Source: Gammaproteobacteria bacterium
GTDB lineage: Bacteria; Pseudomonadota; Gammaproteobacteria; UBA4575
DNA length: 64,000 bases
NCBI GenBank assembly: GCA_965243395.1
Contig: CBDEUS010000001.1
Location: forward strand, 640,001-704,000
Reading direction: 5' to 3'
Part shown: piece by piece, positions 10,128 through 20,427 of the stretch
Position numbering within the stretch: the stretch's first letter is position 1
How the letters are laid out: each line of letters begins with the position of its first letter
Translations under genes and position numbers: made by a program
The notes under the pieces: generated by a model
Databases searched by the model: none
The model's input: the letters and a program-made list of their open reading frames with translations, nothing else
Told to the model about the DNA's origin: nothing

Positions 10128-11804
10128 CTAATTTAATTCTTCTGGAAAATATTTCATAACACATGTCATAGGATTTGAGGCTGCTTGGCCAAGACCGCAA
10201 ATAGATGCATCAGACATTGTTTGTGAAAGTTCTTGCATTAGCGGTTGGTCCCAACTGGATTTTTTCATCAACATGGCCGCTTTCGAAGTGCCTACTCGAC
10301 ACGGAGTACACTTTCCACATGATTCGTGCGCAAAAAATTCCATTGCATTGCGTGCAAGGCCTCTTGCATTATCTTTGTCAGAAAAAATAATAATCGCTGC
10401 AGAGCCTATAAAACATCCATATTCATTTAAGGTATCAAAATCTAAGGGAATGTCTCCCATAGATGCAGGCAAAATACCTCCAGAAGCGCCGCCAGGAAAA
10501 TAGCCATAAAACTCATGGCCGTCTAACATTCCTCCGCAATGCTCATCAATTAACTCTTTTATTGTAATACCAGCATCTGTTACATAAACACCAGGTTTTT
10601 TCACGCGCCCACTTACTGAAAATGAACGCAGTCCTTTTCTTTCGTTACGTCCGTGAGAAGTAAACCAGTCTGCACCTTTTTCAATAATGTCACGCACCCA
10701 AAATAATGTCTCAAGGTTATGTTCGAGAGTGGGGCGTCCAAAAACGCCTACTTCAGCCACAAATGGTGGGCGTAAACGTGGCATGCCTCGTTTGCCTTCA
10801 ATGGATTCAATCATTGCCGACTCTTCACCACATATATAGGCGCCCGCTCCACGTCGTAATTCTATATGCGGTAATCGTAGTGGAGGATCTTTTTTCAATT
10901 CGTCTAATTCATGCAACAGCATTGTGTAACAGCCTTGATATTCATCTCGAAGATAAATATATATTTCATCAATACCGACAACTTGAGCTGCAATTAATGC
11001 GCCTTCTATAAAACGATGCGGGTCTTTTTCTAAAAAATATCGGTCTTTAAATGTACCTGGTTCACCTTCATCGATATTCACGGCAAGTACACGAGGTCCG
11101 GGATAGCTTTTAACAATTTCCCATTTTTGTCCTGCGGGAAAACCGGCTCCTCCTAATCCACGAAGACCCGAGTCCTTCATTATCGAAATAATTTTTTCAG
11201 CAGAATCGGAACTATCAAAAGATCGTTTAAGTAATTCATACCCACCACTGTTTACATATTTGTTATAAGTAATGTAATCAGATACTGGGGCTTCAATTTC
11301 GCCTTTATCTACAGCTTCACAAACAGTTTCTAAGGTTGCATTTGAAATTGGGTTTTTACCAACAACTGCGATCGGTGCTTCCGCGCATCTCCCTACACAT
11401 GGCACACGTTGTATACGTACATCTTTTTTATAAAAATTTTGTAACTCGCGCACTAAGGTTTCTGCATTATTCATTTCGCAACTAATCGAGTCACAAACAC
11501 GAACAGTCAGGTTTTCGGGAGGAGATTGATTTTCTTTTATGACATCAAAATGGTGATAGAACGTAGCGACCTCAAATATTTCTGTTGTGGATAACTTCAT
11601 TTCACTCGCAAGTGCAGTGATATGTTCGGCAGAAATATGACCATATTTATCTTGTATTAAATGCAAGTACTCAATTAACAAGTCTCGTCTCAGAGGCAAT
11701 GGTGCAATTAATTCACGAATTTGGTTCAAAGCTTCCAGGTCAACACGCCGACCACGCTTTTCACCTCGCATCTTATTGCGTTTACGTGAAACTGTTTTTT
11801 CCAT
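10128..11804 (-). CDS. NAD-linked formate dehydrogenase beta subunit (NuoE-NuoF fusion, Fdh1B type)
   Basis: CDSISC..CVGRC 2Fe-2S, GLRGLGGAGF, DEGEPGTFKD, YICGEESA, ESCGKCTPCR 4Fe-4S. Confidence 0.9.
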   Translation of the reverse strand: MEKTVSRKRNKMRGEKRGRRVDLEALNQIRELIAPLPLRRDLLIEYLHLIQDKYGHISAEHITALASEMKLSTTEIFEVATFYHHFDVIKENQSPPENLTVRVCDSISCEMNNAETLVRELQNFYKKDVRIQRVPCVGRCAEAPIAVVGKNPISNATLETVCEAVDKGEIEAPVSDYITYNKYVNSGGYELLKRSFDSSDSAEKIISIMKDSGLRGLGGAGFPAGQKWEIVKSYPGPRVLAVNIDEGEPGTFKDRYFLEKDPHRFIEGALIAAQVVGIDEIYIYLRDEYQGCYTMLLHELDELKKDPPLRLPHIELRRGAGAYICGEESAMIESIEGKRGMPRLRPPFVAEVGVFGRPTLEHNLETLFWVRDIIEKGADWFTSHGRNERKGLRSFSVSGRVKKPGVYVTDAGITIKELIDEHCGGMLDGHEFYGYFPGGASGGILPASMGDIPLDFDTLNEYGCFIGSAAIIIFSDKDNARGLARNAMEFFAHESCGKCTPCRVGTSKAAMLMKKSSWDQPLMQELSQTMSDASICGLGQAASNPMTCVMKYFPEELN

Positions 11805-11897
11805 TTTTTCAAAAAATCCTAAATATTTATGCTGAATATAGTTTAAGGGCTGAGCTAAAAAAAGCGTATATACCTAAATATTAATGATTATTCTTAT

Positions 11898-12734
11898 TTA
11901 CCCAATCCAAATTAGCATTTCCCCTTGTCCACCTACCGCTGTATCCCCTAAGTATCGTTGCACTCTACGTCGCATTGGGTGTAAGGATTGAAAAGTACTT
12001 TCGAAACTCCTCAATTCATGGAGTAAAAGAGTCAAATAACCTAAATTATGACGCCCACAATCTCTGAACCCTGAAATTACATCTTTTGGCTTATGAGGTA
12101 GCAAAATAGTACCTCTGCGCATACCTACACCTACTTGTTTGCCAATGGTGCCTAAATTGGCAATCGTGCCCGCAATCATCCTGCTCGCACAGTAATCGCC
12201 AATATTTCCCACTACCATTATGATTCCGCGTCGTAACAAGTCGCCAGTAAAATTGTTGCTATTACCATGAACAAGGATTGTTCCTCCTGACATGCCTTTT
12301 TTATTGCCAGCTTTAGCTCCTCCTAAGTAATCACCCGCATTTTTACTTATCTCAATTGTCCCACTCGACATTTCACAACCTGCAAAATCTTTAACATTAC
12401 CTTGGATATTTAATTTTCCACCTTTCAATTCCGAACCAGCATAGTGTCCAACATCACCCTCAACAATAAGTTGAACGTTTTTAGGTAAGGCAGTACCCAT
12501 GTAATCCATTTTAGAATTTGAATTTTCAAATTTAATGACCTGGTTAGAAAATTTTCCCTCGATAGTAAACAATTCACCGACTGTTGATACTTCGCTACCA
12601 ATATTCAGAGGTAAGTTTTTAGTTTCTTCGTCACTGCTCGCATCGAATATTGCTTTGCTGAGCCAACGCATATCTAAACGTTGAGACAAATTTGTATTCG
12701 AAGTGTCTTTAAATGTAACGGTTGTATGATTCAT
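11898..12734 (-). CDS. fhcC: Formyltransferase/hydrolase complex subunit C
   Basis: GxGxG beta-helix repeats, GMRRGT, position in fhcBADC. Confidence 0.9.
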   Translation of the reverse strand: MNHTTVTFKDTSNTNLSQRLDMRWLSKAIFDASSDEETKNLPLNIGSEVSTVGELFTIEGKFSNQVIKFENSNSKMDYMGTALPKNVQLIVEGDVGHYAGSELKGGKLNIQGNVKDFAGCEMSSGTIEISKNAGDYLGGAKAGNKKGMSGGTILVHGNSNNFTGDLLRRGIIMVVGNIGDYCASRMIAGTIANLGTIGKQVGVGMRRGTILLPHKPKDVISGFRDCGRHNLGYLTLLLHELRSFESTFQSLHPMRRRVQRYLGDTAVGGQGEMLIWIG

Positions 12735-13626
12735 TCATTATTTCTCTTAAATGAAAATGATGTGGTCCTAACTTGCCTCCATAATTACCACCGGTAATTT
12801 TCTCGATACCCTGAGATTTGCCGAGGTCGCAAATTGCTTCAATGCCGCGATACATAGCTAACGTGACATCTTCTTTTGTTAAACCATCTATAACTATTTC
12901 CATTGCTGCTTCTATATTTTTACCTAAGACATTGTCAGGGCGGCCTTTTAGTGTGGGGCAGTAAGGATGATTTGTAGATGCATTCAAAAATTTGTATTTA
13001 GATCCCACTTTAGATCCCGAACGAACACCGCCTCCAGGGAAAGGCATAATAATATTGGGCAACATGCTGATCGCATCAATTGCAGCTTCGCATGCGAGCA
13101 AAGCATGAGATATCCCGCGCGCAAAAACTAAAATGTTTCCCCCGCCGATTGCTTTTTGATATCCAGTGCTTTCTGCACATAAAAATTCGCCATCCATTAC
13201 AGGGATGCGCCAAAATCTTTTATCACCAATTTTCTTAGAAGTTTGAAAACCGTCACCGAAATAGCGGATATTGGTTCCTAATGCAATTTGATCATCACCT
13301 TCCATGCCAGAAAAAACTGCAGTGGTGGGGCAGGTAAGCACACATTGACCTATGCGCGTTTGTAATTGTTTTTCGAGTGTTTTTTTATCCGTTGAAAAAA
13401 GTAACACTGAAACACCAGGTCTGCCATCAGGTGTTTCATGATTACCAATGACTTTTTCGATTCCCGCTTCTACGCCACACCCGATTACAGAAGTCGCAAA
13501 CCCGGTCATGGTTTCGGCAGCATGTCGTGCCCATTTGTAGTTAATGGCCGTGATAATCACGCGTGTTGCACGCATAGAAAATGCTTCAGCAAAGGTATCT
13601 TCTATTTCTACACCATTAATTATCAT
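12709..13626 (-). CDS. fhcD: Formylmethanofuran:H4MPT formyltransferase (FhcD)
   Basis: DTFAEAF, GFATSVIGC, TPDGRPG, RSGSKVGS, GNYGGKLG. Confidence 0.93.
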   Translation of the reverse strand: MIINGVEIEDTFAEAFSMRATRVIITAINYKWARHAAETMTGFATSVIGCGVEAGIEKVIGNHETPDGRPGVSVLLFSTDKKTLEKQLQTRIGQCVLTCPTTAVFSGMEGDDQIALGTNIRYFGDGFQTSKKIGDKRFWRIPVMDGEFLCAESTGYQKAIGGGNILVFARGISHALLACEAAIDAISMLPNIIMPFPGGGVRSGSKVGSKYKFLNASTNHPYCPTLKGRPDNVLGKNIEAAMEIVIDGLTKEDVTLAMYRGIEAICDLGKSQGIEKITGGNYGGKLGPHHFHLREIMNESYNRYI

Positions 13627-13643
13627 TTTTATTATTAGGCTTT

Positions 13644-15287
13644 TTAGTCTATTTCTATTTCACTACCGATGCATTCTACCATTTCATCATTTGAGATCTT
13701 AAAGTTATCTAAAGAAATTGTCTGATAATCATCAAAATATTTTTTTAAGGGTTTTTCGATAGCCTGGTCATATTCCGGTTTAGCTACATGTGTTACGCCT
13801 TGTACGGTTTTGACAATTTCTCCATCTTTTACAATTAATGTTCCGTTTTTAAACACATATGCAGGCTTGGCAAACATTTGTTCTATGTCGTCTTGTTTGC
13901 GATAAACTGTGATATTGGCATTTGCTCCTTCACCCAGATGCCCATGATTCTTAAGCCCTAGTATTTTGGCGGGCGCAGCGCGTGTCATGATGGCAATTTC
14001 GTAAAGCGAATACTCGCGATCCATTGATTTTAAATTTGAAACTTGTTGTGCATCGGAATGGACGATATTGAAAACATCATTTCGAAAAGAGCGATTCATT
14101 AAAAGTTTGATTAAATGCGGGTAACTCGAAAAAGGCGCCCCGTTAGGATGGTCAGTGGTTAAGAATACTCGCCATGGATCATCGACTTGTAGAAATATCT
14201 CTAACCCAATTGCCCATTGCAATGCATTTACAAAACTTTTATCGCGATACTTAAATGGGGTCACTCCACAACCGGCTTCACATTCGATATCCATCACTGT
14301 CCATTTTTTAGGGGATGCATGATCATGCCCAAAATACTGCATCATGGTATCGCCAGAGGTGGTAATAGTTTGTCCAAACATAATTTGACCAACATCCGCC
14401 GTTACATTTTTATTTTTATTTATGGCGTCAGCAATTTCACAAGCTGCAGATGAAAATTTGTGATCACCTTCGGTTCCATAACTATGAAACTGTATATGTG
14501 TAATATGTACGGGTAGTCCATCTGCTGCCGAAATGGTTGCTAAGGTAGATTCAAAGTTGCCGGGAACGCCTAAATTACTAGCATGCACATGGAGTGGATG
14601 TGCAATACCGAGATCATGCACTGCTTTACTTAATTTCGTAATAATATCTCGTGGTTTGATACCAGTTGGACCTGTTTCATCAACATCGAGGCGACGTTGA
14701 TTATATTTAAATGCATGAATCCCTCCTGCATTCACGACTTTTATGCCAATACATTGAGTAGCATCTAGTATCCATGCAACGTAATCATTAATTGCGCTCT
14801 GAGTAGCACCTTCATGAATCATATTTAATAAAAAATCATCGTTACCTAGAAGTACGTAACCTCCTTTGTCCACCATGGGAGTATCGGCCATTTCCATATG
14901 TGCTTGCCTTGCATTAACAGCAAGCACGGCAGGTTCAAAACAAGCGGTGTAACCCATTTCTGCGTAACGATAACCTGTAGTGAAAGATGAAGGTACGATA
15001 TGGCCATTGCCCGTGCGACATATTTCAGAGCCACCATCTGGGTGCAGATGTGCATCTTCCAACATCATAGTTCGGGCAATATTAACTTTGCCGCCACCAA
15101 TATGTGTATGTATATCAATTGCACCAGCCATAACGATGCAGTCATCAAGCTTATAGGTTTGTTCTAACTTATCGTTATCCGATAAATTATTTTTAATTTT
15201 TTCATCGACAATATATAGATCTTTTCTTTCACCATTTATTTGATGAGCCGGATCATAAATTTCAGCGCCAGAAAGTTTAATAGCCAT
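13644..15287 (-). CDS. fhcA: Formyltransferase/hydrolase complex subunit A (amidohydrolase)
   Basis: DIHTH, IKVVN, HVHASNLG, HIQFHSY, TTDHPNG. Confidence 0.93.
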   Translation of the reverse strand: MAIKLSGAEIYDPAHQINGERKDLYIVDEKIKNNLSDNDKLEQTYKLDDCIVMAGAIDIHTHIGGGKVNIARTMMLEDAHLHPDGGSEICRTGNGHIVPSSFTTGYRYAEMGYTACFEPAVLAVNARQAHMEMADTPMVDKGGYVLLGNDDFLLNMIHEGATQSAINDYVAWILDATQCIGIKVVNAGGIHAFKYNQRRLDVDETGPTGIKPRDIITKLSKAVHDLGIAHPLHVHASNLGVPGNFESTLATISAADGLPVHITHIQFHSYGTEGDHKFSSAACEIADAINKNKNVTADVGQIMFGQTITTSGDTMMQYFGHDHASPKKWTVMDIECEAGCGVTPFKYRDKSFVNALQWAIGLEIFLQVDDPWRVFLTTDHPNGAPFSSYPHLIKLLMNRSFRNDVFNIVHSDAQQVSNLKSMDREYSLYEIAIMTRAAPAKILGLKNHGHLGEGANANITVYRKQDDIEQMFAKPAYVFKNGTLIVKDGEIVKTVQGVTHVAKPEYDQAIEKPLKKYFDDYQTISLDNFKISNDEMVECIGSEIEID

Positions 15288-15291
15288 TTGA

Positions 15292-16542
15292 TCAAATAAG
15301 TTTGTATAGTTTTTTTACGAGCACGCTAGCAGAGGATAGTTTGCTATCTCGTAATTTTTTTAATGGTAAGGTGGCTACGCTGTCTGTCCGACAAGCTAAA
15401 CCTCGATGATCAATTCCTGGCACACCCACTGGAATGTAAACATCAGCCTGTTCAAAATTCATTTTTGGATGACCTAAGACTATGGTTGGAATATCAGTAT
15501 CAGGAGGTGCATTATTTGGATTATATGTAGCGATCCACAACAGACAGTCAGTCTCTTGCTTAAGTATCATTTTATTACCATCATAGATAACGGGATCATG
15601 TATAGGTACGCCTTGTGTAAATGAAACAGGCAAAGGTACTCCTGTTTGCCAGGTTGCGACATGATTTGCGGTTACTTCAGCTTTTGAACCACTTAGCGGC
15701 AAACCGATACAACGAACTTGTTTCATTAATAATTTAATTATTTCAGTAAGTGCTTGTACAGTGTGTTCAGCAGATTCCAGTTTAAATTCACTGGTTGTCC
15801 AAATAAGGGTTGTATATTGACTGGAAGAAATTACTTTAAATAATTTTAATAGTTCTTCACTTTCTTTATCGTGATTGGAAATATTTTCTTTTGTAATGAT
15901 CTCTTGGAAGTGATAGATAATTGATTCAAGTAATGGATAATTAAAAAACATATACGTGATGTTTTCTTTTTGTTCACATCTTGTTTTTCCGTCTTCAGAA
16001 ATATCAATTATAAAAATCTTTTTTGACTTAGTGTTTTCATTGCCTAATGTTTTTTCAGGACTTAACACACGCTGTAGTAAACGAGGAAATTTAGTCGTTA
16101 CATTTTTCCCAAAAATAACTACGCAATCGGCTCGGTTCCTAACTTCAGCTAGTGTAGTTCGTACTTCACCAATGCGTTGCATGACTGATGAACTTTTTCG
16201 CATTAATGAGCCACTAGCATGATCAATCACACCGCCCAACTTTTCTGTTAAGGCAAGGGCTTCTCTACAAGTTTGAATGTCAGCAATCAGTCCATTAACC
16301 AATGGTAATTGAGCAGTTTTCAATAGCTCAGCTGCCTTTTCGAGAGCTTGTTCTTCAGAAGCTGGCCTCCCGGCAATCATGGGCTTAGGCAGGTACTCAT
16401 CGTCTAGTGAAGCCTCGGAATAGGCTTGTTTACAAATAGGATCTGCAGGGGTTTTAAGCTGAACAGATAGCCCTGTAACTTCAACAGATAGGTCATCACA
16501 CATCAAACCACAGTGTGGGCAGGTTACCGTTTGAAATTGCAT
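15292..16542 (-). CDS. fhcB: Formyltransferase/hydrolase complex subunit B (catalytically degenerate FwdB homologue)
   Basis: TTLAEVRNRAD, WQTG, PGIDH; lacks the Cys-His and RG motifs of FwdB. Confidence 0.88.
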   Translation of the reverse strand: MQFQTVTCPHCGLMCDDLSVEVTGLSVQLKTPADPICKQAYSEASLDDEYLPKPMIAGRPASEEQALEKAAELLKTAQLPLVNGLIADIQTCREALALTEKLGGVIDHASGSLMRKSSSVMQRIGEVRTTLAEVRNRADCVVIFGKNVTTKFPRLLQRVLSPEKTLGNENTKSKKIFIIDISEDGKTRCEQKENITYMFFNYPLLESIIYHFQEIITKENISNHDKESEELLKLFKVISSSQYTTLIWTTSEFKLESAEHTVQALTEIIKLLMKQVRCIGLPLSGSKAEVTANHVATWQTGVPLPVSFTQGVPIHDPVIYDGNKMILKQETDCLLWIATYNPNNAPPDTDIPTIVLGHPKMNFEQADVYIPVGVPGIDHRGLACRTDSVATLPLKKLRDSKLSSASVLVKKLYKLI

Positions 16543-16799
16543 ATCAAATTACATACCTAGCTTAAATCAGGGCAAATGAAAGTGTAGAACAGAATGGATG
16601 GTTTCAGTGTCTAAAATCGCATGATATGCCTTCAGCATACAACCCACACATGCTATATAAATCTGTTATCAAATATACTGTACTAAGAGATGTATCGTCT
16701 GTATCTCAAATTTGACAGATAAAATGATAATTATGAGAAAAATCAATCAAATAGGATGCACTACAAAATGATTAATTACTTATCTAGGAGTCGTTCAGT

Positions 16800-17183
16800 A
16801 TGGCTAAATGGCGAGAAATAAAACCAGAACAAACTTATACGGAAGAACAAATTGAGCAACGCTTAGCCGAAGAGTTACCCAACTGGTATTACGAAAACGG
16901 GTGGATTCGGCGCAAATATAAGACACATAGTTGGAAAGGCACGTTAATCGTGGTGAATACCATCGGTCATTTGGCGGAAGCAGCGTGGCATCATCCAGAT
17001 TTGACTGTTTCCTATGCTTTTGTGATTTGCAAATTGATGAACCACGCAGCAAAAGGTGTGACTAACAAAGATTTCGAATTAGCTCAGAAAATAGAAGAAG
17101 TGGTGATGTGGCAGCCCGGTAAACAAGAGAATGATTTGGAAGGTACGCCAAAAGACCCACGTTTTGCATACATTCAATACTAA
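16800..17183 (+). CDS. Pterin-4a-carbinolamine dehydratase family protein
   Basis: AEAAWHHPDL, H..KGVT.KDFELA; this family is commonly found beside fhc in H4MPT clusters. Confidence 0.85.
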   Translation: MAKWREIKPEQTYTEEQIEQRLAEELPNWYYENGWIRRKYKTHSWKGTLIVVNTIGHLAEAAWHHPDLTVSYAFVICKLMNHAAKGVTNKDFELAQKIEEVVMWQPGKQENDLEGTPKDPRFAYIQY

Positions 17184-17228
17184 GTTACAGTATTGCTAAT
17201 GTTTACATAACCTTTTAAATAAAAATTG

Positions 17229-17798
17229 TTAAGTTTTTATTTCAACTAACTGTTTTTGAACTGCTTCAGTAATCACCTTAGGCGGTAAGCCATAGGGAAT
17301 GATATTGGTTACTTCACCTGAAGTGCCGATAACATATAAATTTGAAGTATGGTCCACTGAATAGTGGCCTTCTGAAACATTTCCTTCATAAGAATAAAAT
17401 CCATTAAATTGCTTAACTACTTCATCTATTTCTTTAGATGTTCCTGTTAAGCCAATAAAATTATTACCGAAATATTTCAAGTAGTTGCGTAATATCTCAG
17501 GAGTGTCACGTTCTGGATCTACAGAAATAAAAATGGGTTGTACATGCTTGGCATCTTCATTTAGTTGGGCTAATGCAGTTTGTACGGCGCTTAGAGTATT
17601 TGGGCAAATATCGGGACAATGTGTGAAACCAAAAAATAGCAATATGACTTTGCCGCGCGCATCAACGGATGAATAGGGCTCATTTAATTGAGACGTGAGC
17701 TTAAAATCACCGCCAATTTTGCTTTCCTCTGAAGAAGACAATGCAGGAAGCAAGCCTATTAATAGCAGTAAAACGAGTTGGCGAATTGAATTAATCAT
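17229..17798 (-). CDS. SCO1/SenC copper chaperone
   Basis: FGFTHCPDICP, SVDPERDT, DHT. Confidence 0.9.
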   Translation of the reverse strand: MINSIRQLVLLLLIGLLPALSSSEESKIGGDFKLTSQLNEPYSSVDARGKVILLFFGFTHCPDICPNTLSAVQTALAQLNEDAKHVQPIFISVDPERDTPEILRNYLKYFGNNFIGLTGTSKEIDEVVKQFNGFYSYEGNVSEGHYSVDHTSNLYVIGTSGEVTNIIPYGLPPKVITEAVQKQLVEIKT

Positions 17799-18182
17799 AT
17801 CGAGATTGTTATGTGATCCTTATTTAGTTTGAGCTTCAACCATACTGGCAGTTCCCTTATATATGGTGGCTTTATGCCAATTTTCAATAACAAATACAGT
17901 AACTTATCTAATATTTTACTGAACAAGATAATATGCACCATATTGGGGAGTATTTTCGTCTAGTTTATGTCTAATTAAGTGAGTAGTGCATTGATTTTTA
18001 TGCAAATTAATGTGCAATGATAATTCTTTGATTGGATAACTAGATGCGGCATAATGTCACAATCTATTTTTAACTGATTTGGGTCATTACAAATAATGAG
18101 TCATGAGGCTAGTATGCTTCAAGTTTGAGGATTTTCACGCTAACTATTCAAATCAAATCTATAAATACGGAGTTATAAGATA

Positions 18183-19562
18183 ATGAAGAAAATGGCAGTA
18201 ATAAAAGCCAAGTGGATGAAAAGCATTGCTACATTAACGTGTGTATTGTTTGCTTCCGTAATTGGTTTCCAATCTACCGCAATGGCAGATGAGACATGTA
18301 TGTCGCCATACATGGCTAAAATTGTTGGTCAAGAAGATTATGTCTATGTTTGGACCCTAGGTGTTGAAGGCATGGGTGACGAGCAAGACAAACTCGTTAC
18401 CATTTCTGTAAATCCTGAAGCGGATACATACGGCAAAGTTGTAAATGTATTATCTGTAGGTGGGCGCAATGAAGCTCATCATTCAGGTTTAACGGATGAC
18501 CGCAAATATCTTTTTGCTGGTGGTTTAGATAGCAATAAGATTTTTATCTTTGATGTATACAGCAATCCAGCAAAACCTAAATTACACAAAGTTATTACTG
18601 ACTTTGTAGAACAAACAGGCGGAATGGTTGGACCTCACACTATGTATGCATTACCAGGTCGCATCATGGTAAGCGCACTTTCTAATAACGTTGATCATGG
18701 TGGTCGCACCGGACTAGCAGAATATACGAATGAAGGTGATTTTGTAGCTGCACACTGGATGCCTACTGACGAAGACCTTCGTGGTGCTGAAAAAGTGGGT
18801 AACGTAGCTGATGGCTATGGATATGATATACGTGCATTACCTCGACGAAATGTGATGGTGACTTCATCATTTACCGGATGGTCAAATTACATGATGGACT
18901 TTGGTCAAATGCTAGCGGACCCTGAAGCCATGAAGCGCTTTGGAAATACCGTTGTTGTTTGGGATTTGCACACACGCAAACCTAAAAAAGTATTTGAAGT
19001 TCCTGGTGCACCTTTAGAGATTCGTTGTGCATGGGGATCACAAAATAACTATTGCTTCACCACAACAGCACTTACTTCAAAAATCTGGTTGATTTATGAA
19101 GATGATGCCGGCGAATGGCAAGCTGCGGACGTGGGCGAAATAGGTGATCCTTCTAAAGTACCACTACCTGTAGACATTTCTATCACAGCAGATGATCAAG
19201 GCCTTTGGGTGCAAACTTTCATGGATGGTAAGACACGTTACTTTGATATCTCTGATCCACACGCTCCTAAGCAAACTTATGAGCACGTTATTGGATCTCA
19301 AGTGAATATGATTTCACAAAGCTGGGATGGAAAGCGTACTTACTTTACATCTTCTTTGCTTGGTAATTGGGATAAGACAGGTGAAGCTGATGAGCAGTAC
19401 TTCAAGCTATTTACTTGGAATGGTAAGAAGCTGTCACATGAGTTCACAGTAGATTTCTATGAGCTTAAGTTAGGTCGTGCGCATCAAATGCGTTTTGGCG
19501 CTTACTCATTGTACGGCCAAGCACCGAACTCTAAGGACAAAATGCTGTCTCAAGTTAAGTAA
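18183..19562 (+). CDS. mtoX: Methanethiol oxidase (SBP56 family, periplasmic)
   Basis: Signal peptide, DETCMSPY..GQEDYVYVWTLG, NEAHH, GPHT, SSFTGW and SSLLGNWDK carrying the two putative TTQ Trp; followed by sco and mauG. Confidence 0.92.
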   Translation: MKKMAVIKAKWMKSIATLTCVLFASVIGFQSTAMADETCMSPYMAKIVGQEDYVYVWTLGVEGMGDEQDKLVTISVNPEADTYGKVVNVLSVGGRNEAHHSGLTDDRKYLFAGGLDSNKIFIFDVYSNPAKPKLHKVITDFVEQTGGMVGPHTMYALPGRIMVSALSNNVDHGGRTGLAEYTNEGDFVAAHWMPTDEDLRGAEKVGNVADGYGYDIRALPRRNVMVTSSFTGWSNYMMDFGQMLADPEAMKRFGNTVVVWDLHTRKPKKVFEVPGAPLEIRCAWGSQNNYCFTTTALTSKIWLIYEDDAGEWQAADVGEIGDPSKVPLPVDISITADDQGLWVQTFMDGKTRYFDISDPHAPKQTYEHVIGSQVNMISQSWDGKRTYFTSSLLGNWDKTGEADEQYFKLFTWNGKKLSHEFTVDFYELKLGRAHQMRFGAYSLYGQAPNSKDKMLSQVK

Positions 19563-19604
19563 GATAGGTGCGGTTACTAATGTAACGGCAAATTTAGTTA
19601 CTTA

Positions 19605-19640
19605 AACAAGGCCGCCCACTGAGGCGGCCTTGTTATTTTT
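19605..19640 (+). terminator. Intrinsic terminator/stabilising hairpin after mtoX
   Basis: aacaaggccgcc-cactga-ggcggccttgtt-attttt. Confidence 0.8.
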
Positions 19641-19668
19641 GGAGACAGTAATACTTGTAATTTCATAG

Positions 19669-20427
19669 ATGAAAATTAAAAACATTAAAAACTTAATATA
19701 CATACTGATCATTTGCATGCTTATGTCATGTGATCGCACAATGGATGAAGATGCGCCATTGCCTGGCTCTCATGCAGCTGTTGCTGCTTCTGAGGTTCAA
19801 GTTGTCGCAGACGGCTGGGTGGCCGAACTTCCGTTTGAAGTACCACAACCTGGCACCTACACCCTCTCGAAAATTAACAAAGCAGCAGGTGGTATTGTAT
19901 TAGATGTCGATGGTCAGGAGTTTGACCTAGATAATTTATACGGGGACAAAATTGTACTACTTACTTTTATTTATAGTAGTTGCAAAGATCTAAACGGTTG
20001 TCCACTAGCAACTGCGGTTTTTTATAAAGTAAAAGAAAAGTTCAAAGATGATCCTAAGCTTGCAGACAAGATTCGATTAATTAGTGTAAGTTTTGACCCT
20101 GAGCATGATACACCGGAAGTTATGAAATTATATGGTGCTGGTTTTGAAGGAGGTCAACCAGAATGGCATTTCCTAACCACAACTTCTGAAGAAGCTCTAT
20201 TGCCGATTACAAGCAAGTTTGGTCAGATGGTGATAAAGCAATATGACGAATCAGGAAACTATACTGGCACTATGTCACATGTCTTGCGTGCATTTTTAAT
20301 TGATAAGAACAAAAATATCAGACAAGAGTACAGTGTTTCGTTTTTACATGATCAACTTGTTACTGCAGATATAAAAACTCTTTTAATCGAAGATGGGTTA
20401 TTAACCGCTGATGCAATAATTGAATGA
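19669..20427 (+). CDS. SCO family copper chaperone (Mto-associated, likely lipoprotein)
   Basis: CKDLNGCP (Cx5C), SFDPEHDTP, SHVL; lipobox-like LMSC. Confidence 0.85.
   Translation: MKIKNIKNLIYILIICMLMSCDRTMDEDAPLPGSHAAVAASEVQVVADGWVAELPFEVPQPGTYTLSKINKAAGGIVLDVDGQEFDLDNLYGDKIVLLTFIYSSCKDLNGCPLATAVFYKVKEKFKDDPKLADKIRLISVSFDPEHDTPEVMKLYGAGFEGGQPEWHFLTTTSEEALLPITSKFGQMVIKQYDESGNYTGTMSHVLRAFLIDKNKNIRQEYSVSFLHDQLVTADIKTLLIEDGLLTADAIIE

Noticed and set aside
17860-18020. sigma54 promoter with NtrC-like boxes between sco and mtoX (tgcaccatattgggga, ttggcata)
   Set aside because: The -12 GC is missing at the required spacing and the boxes are degenerate
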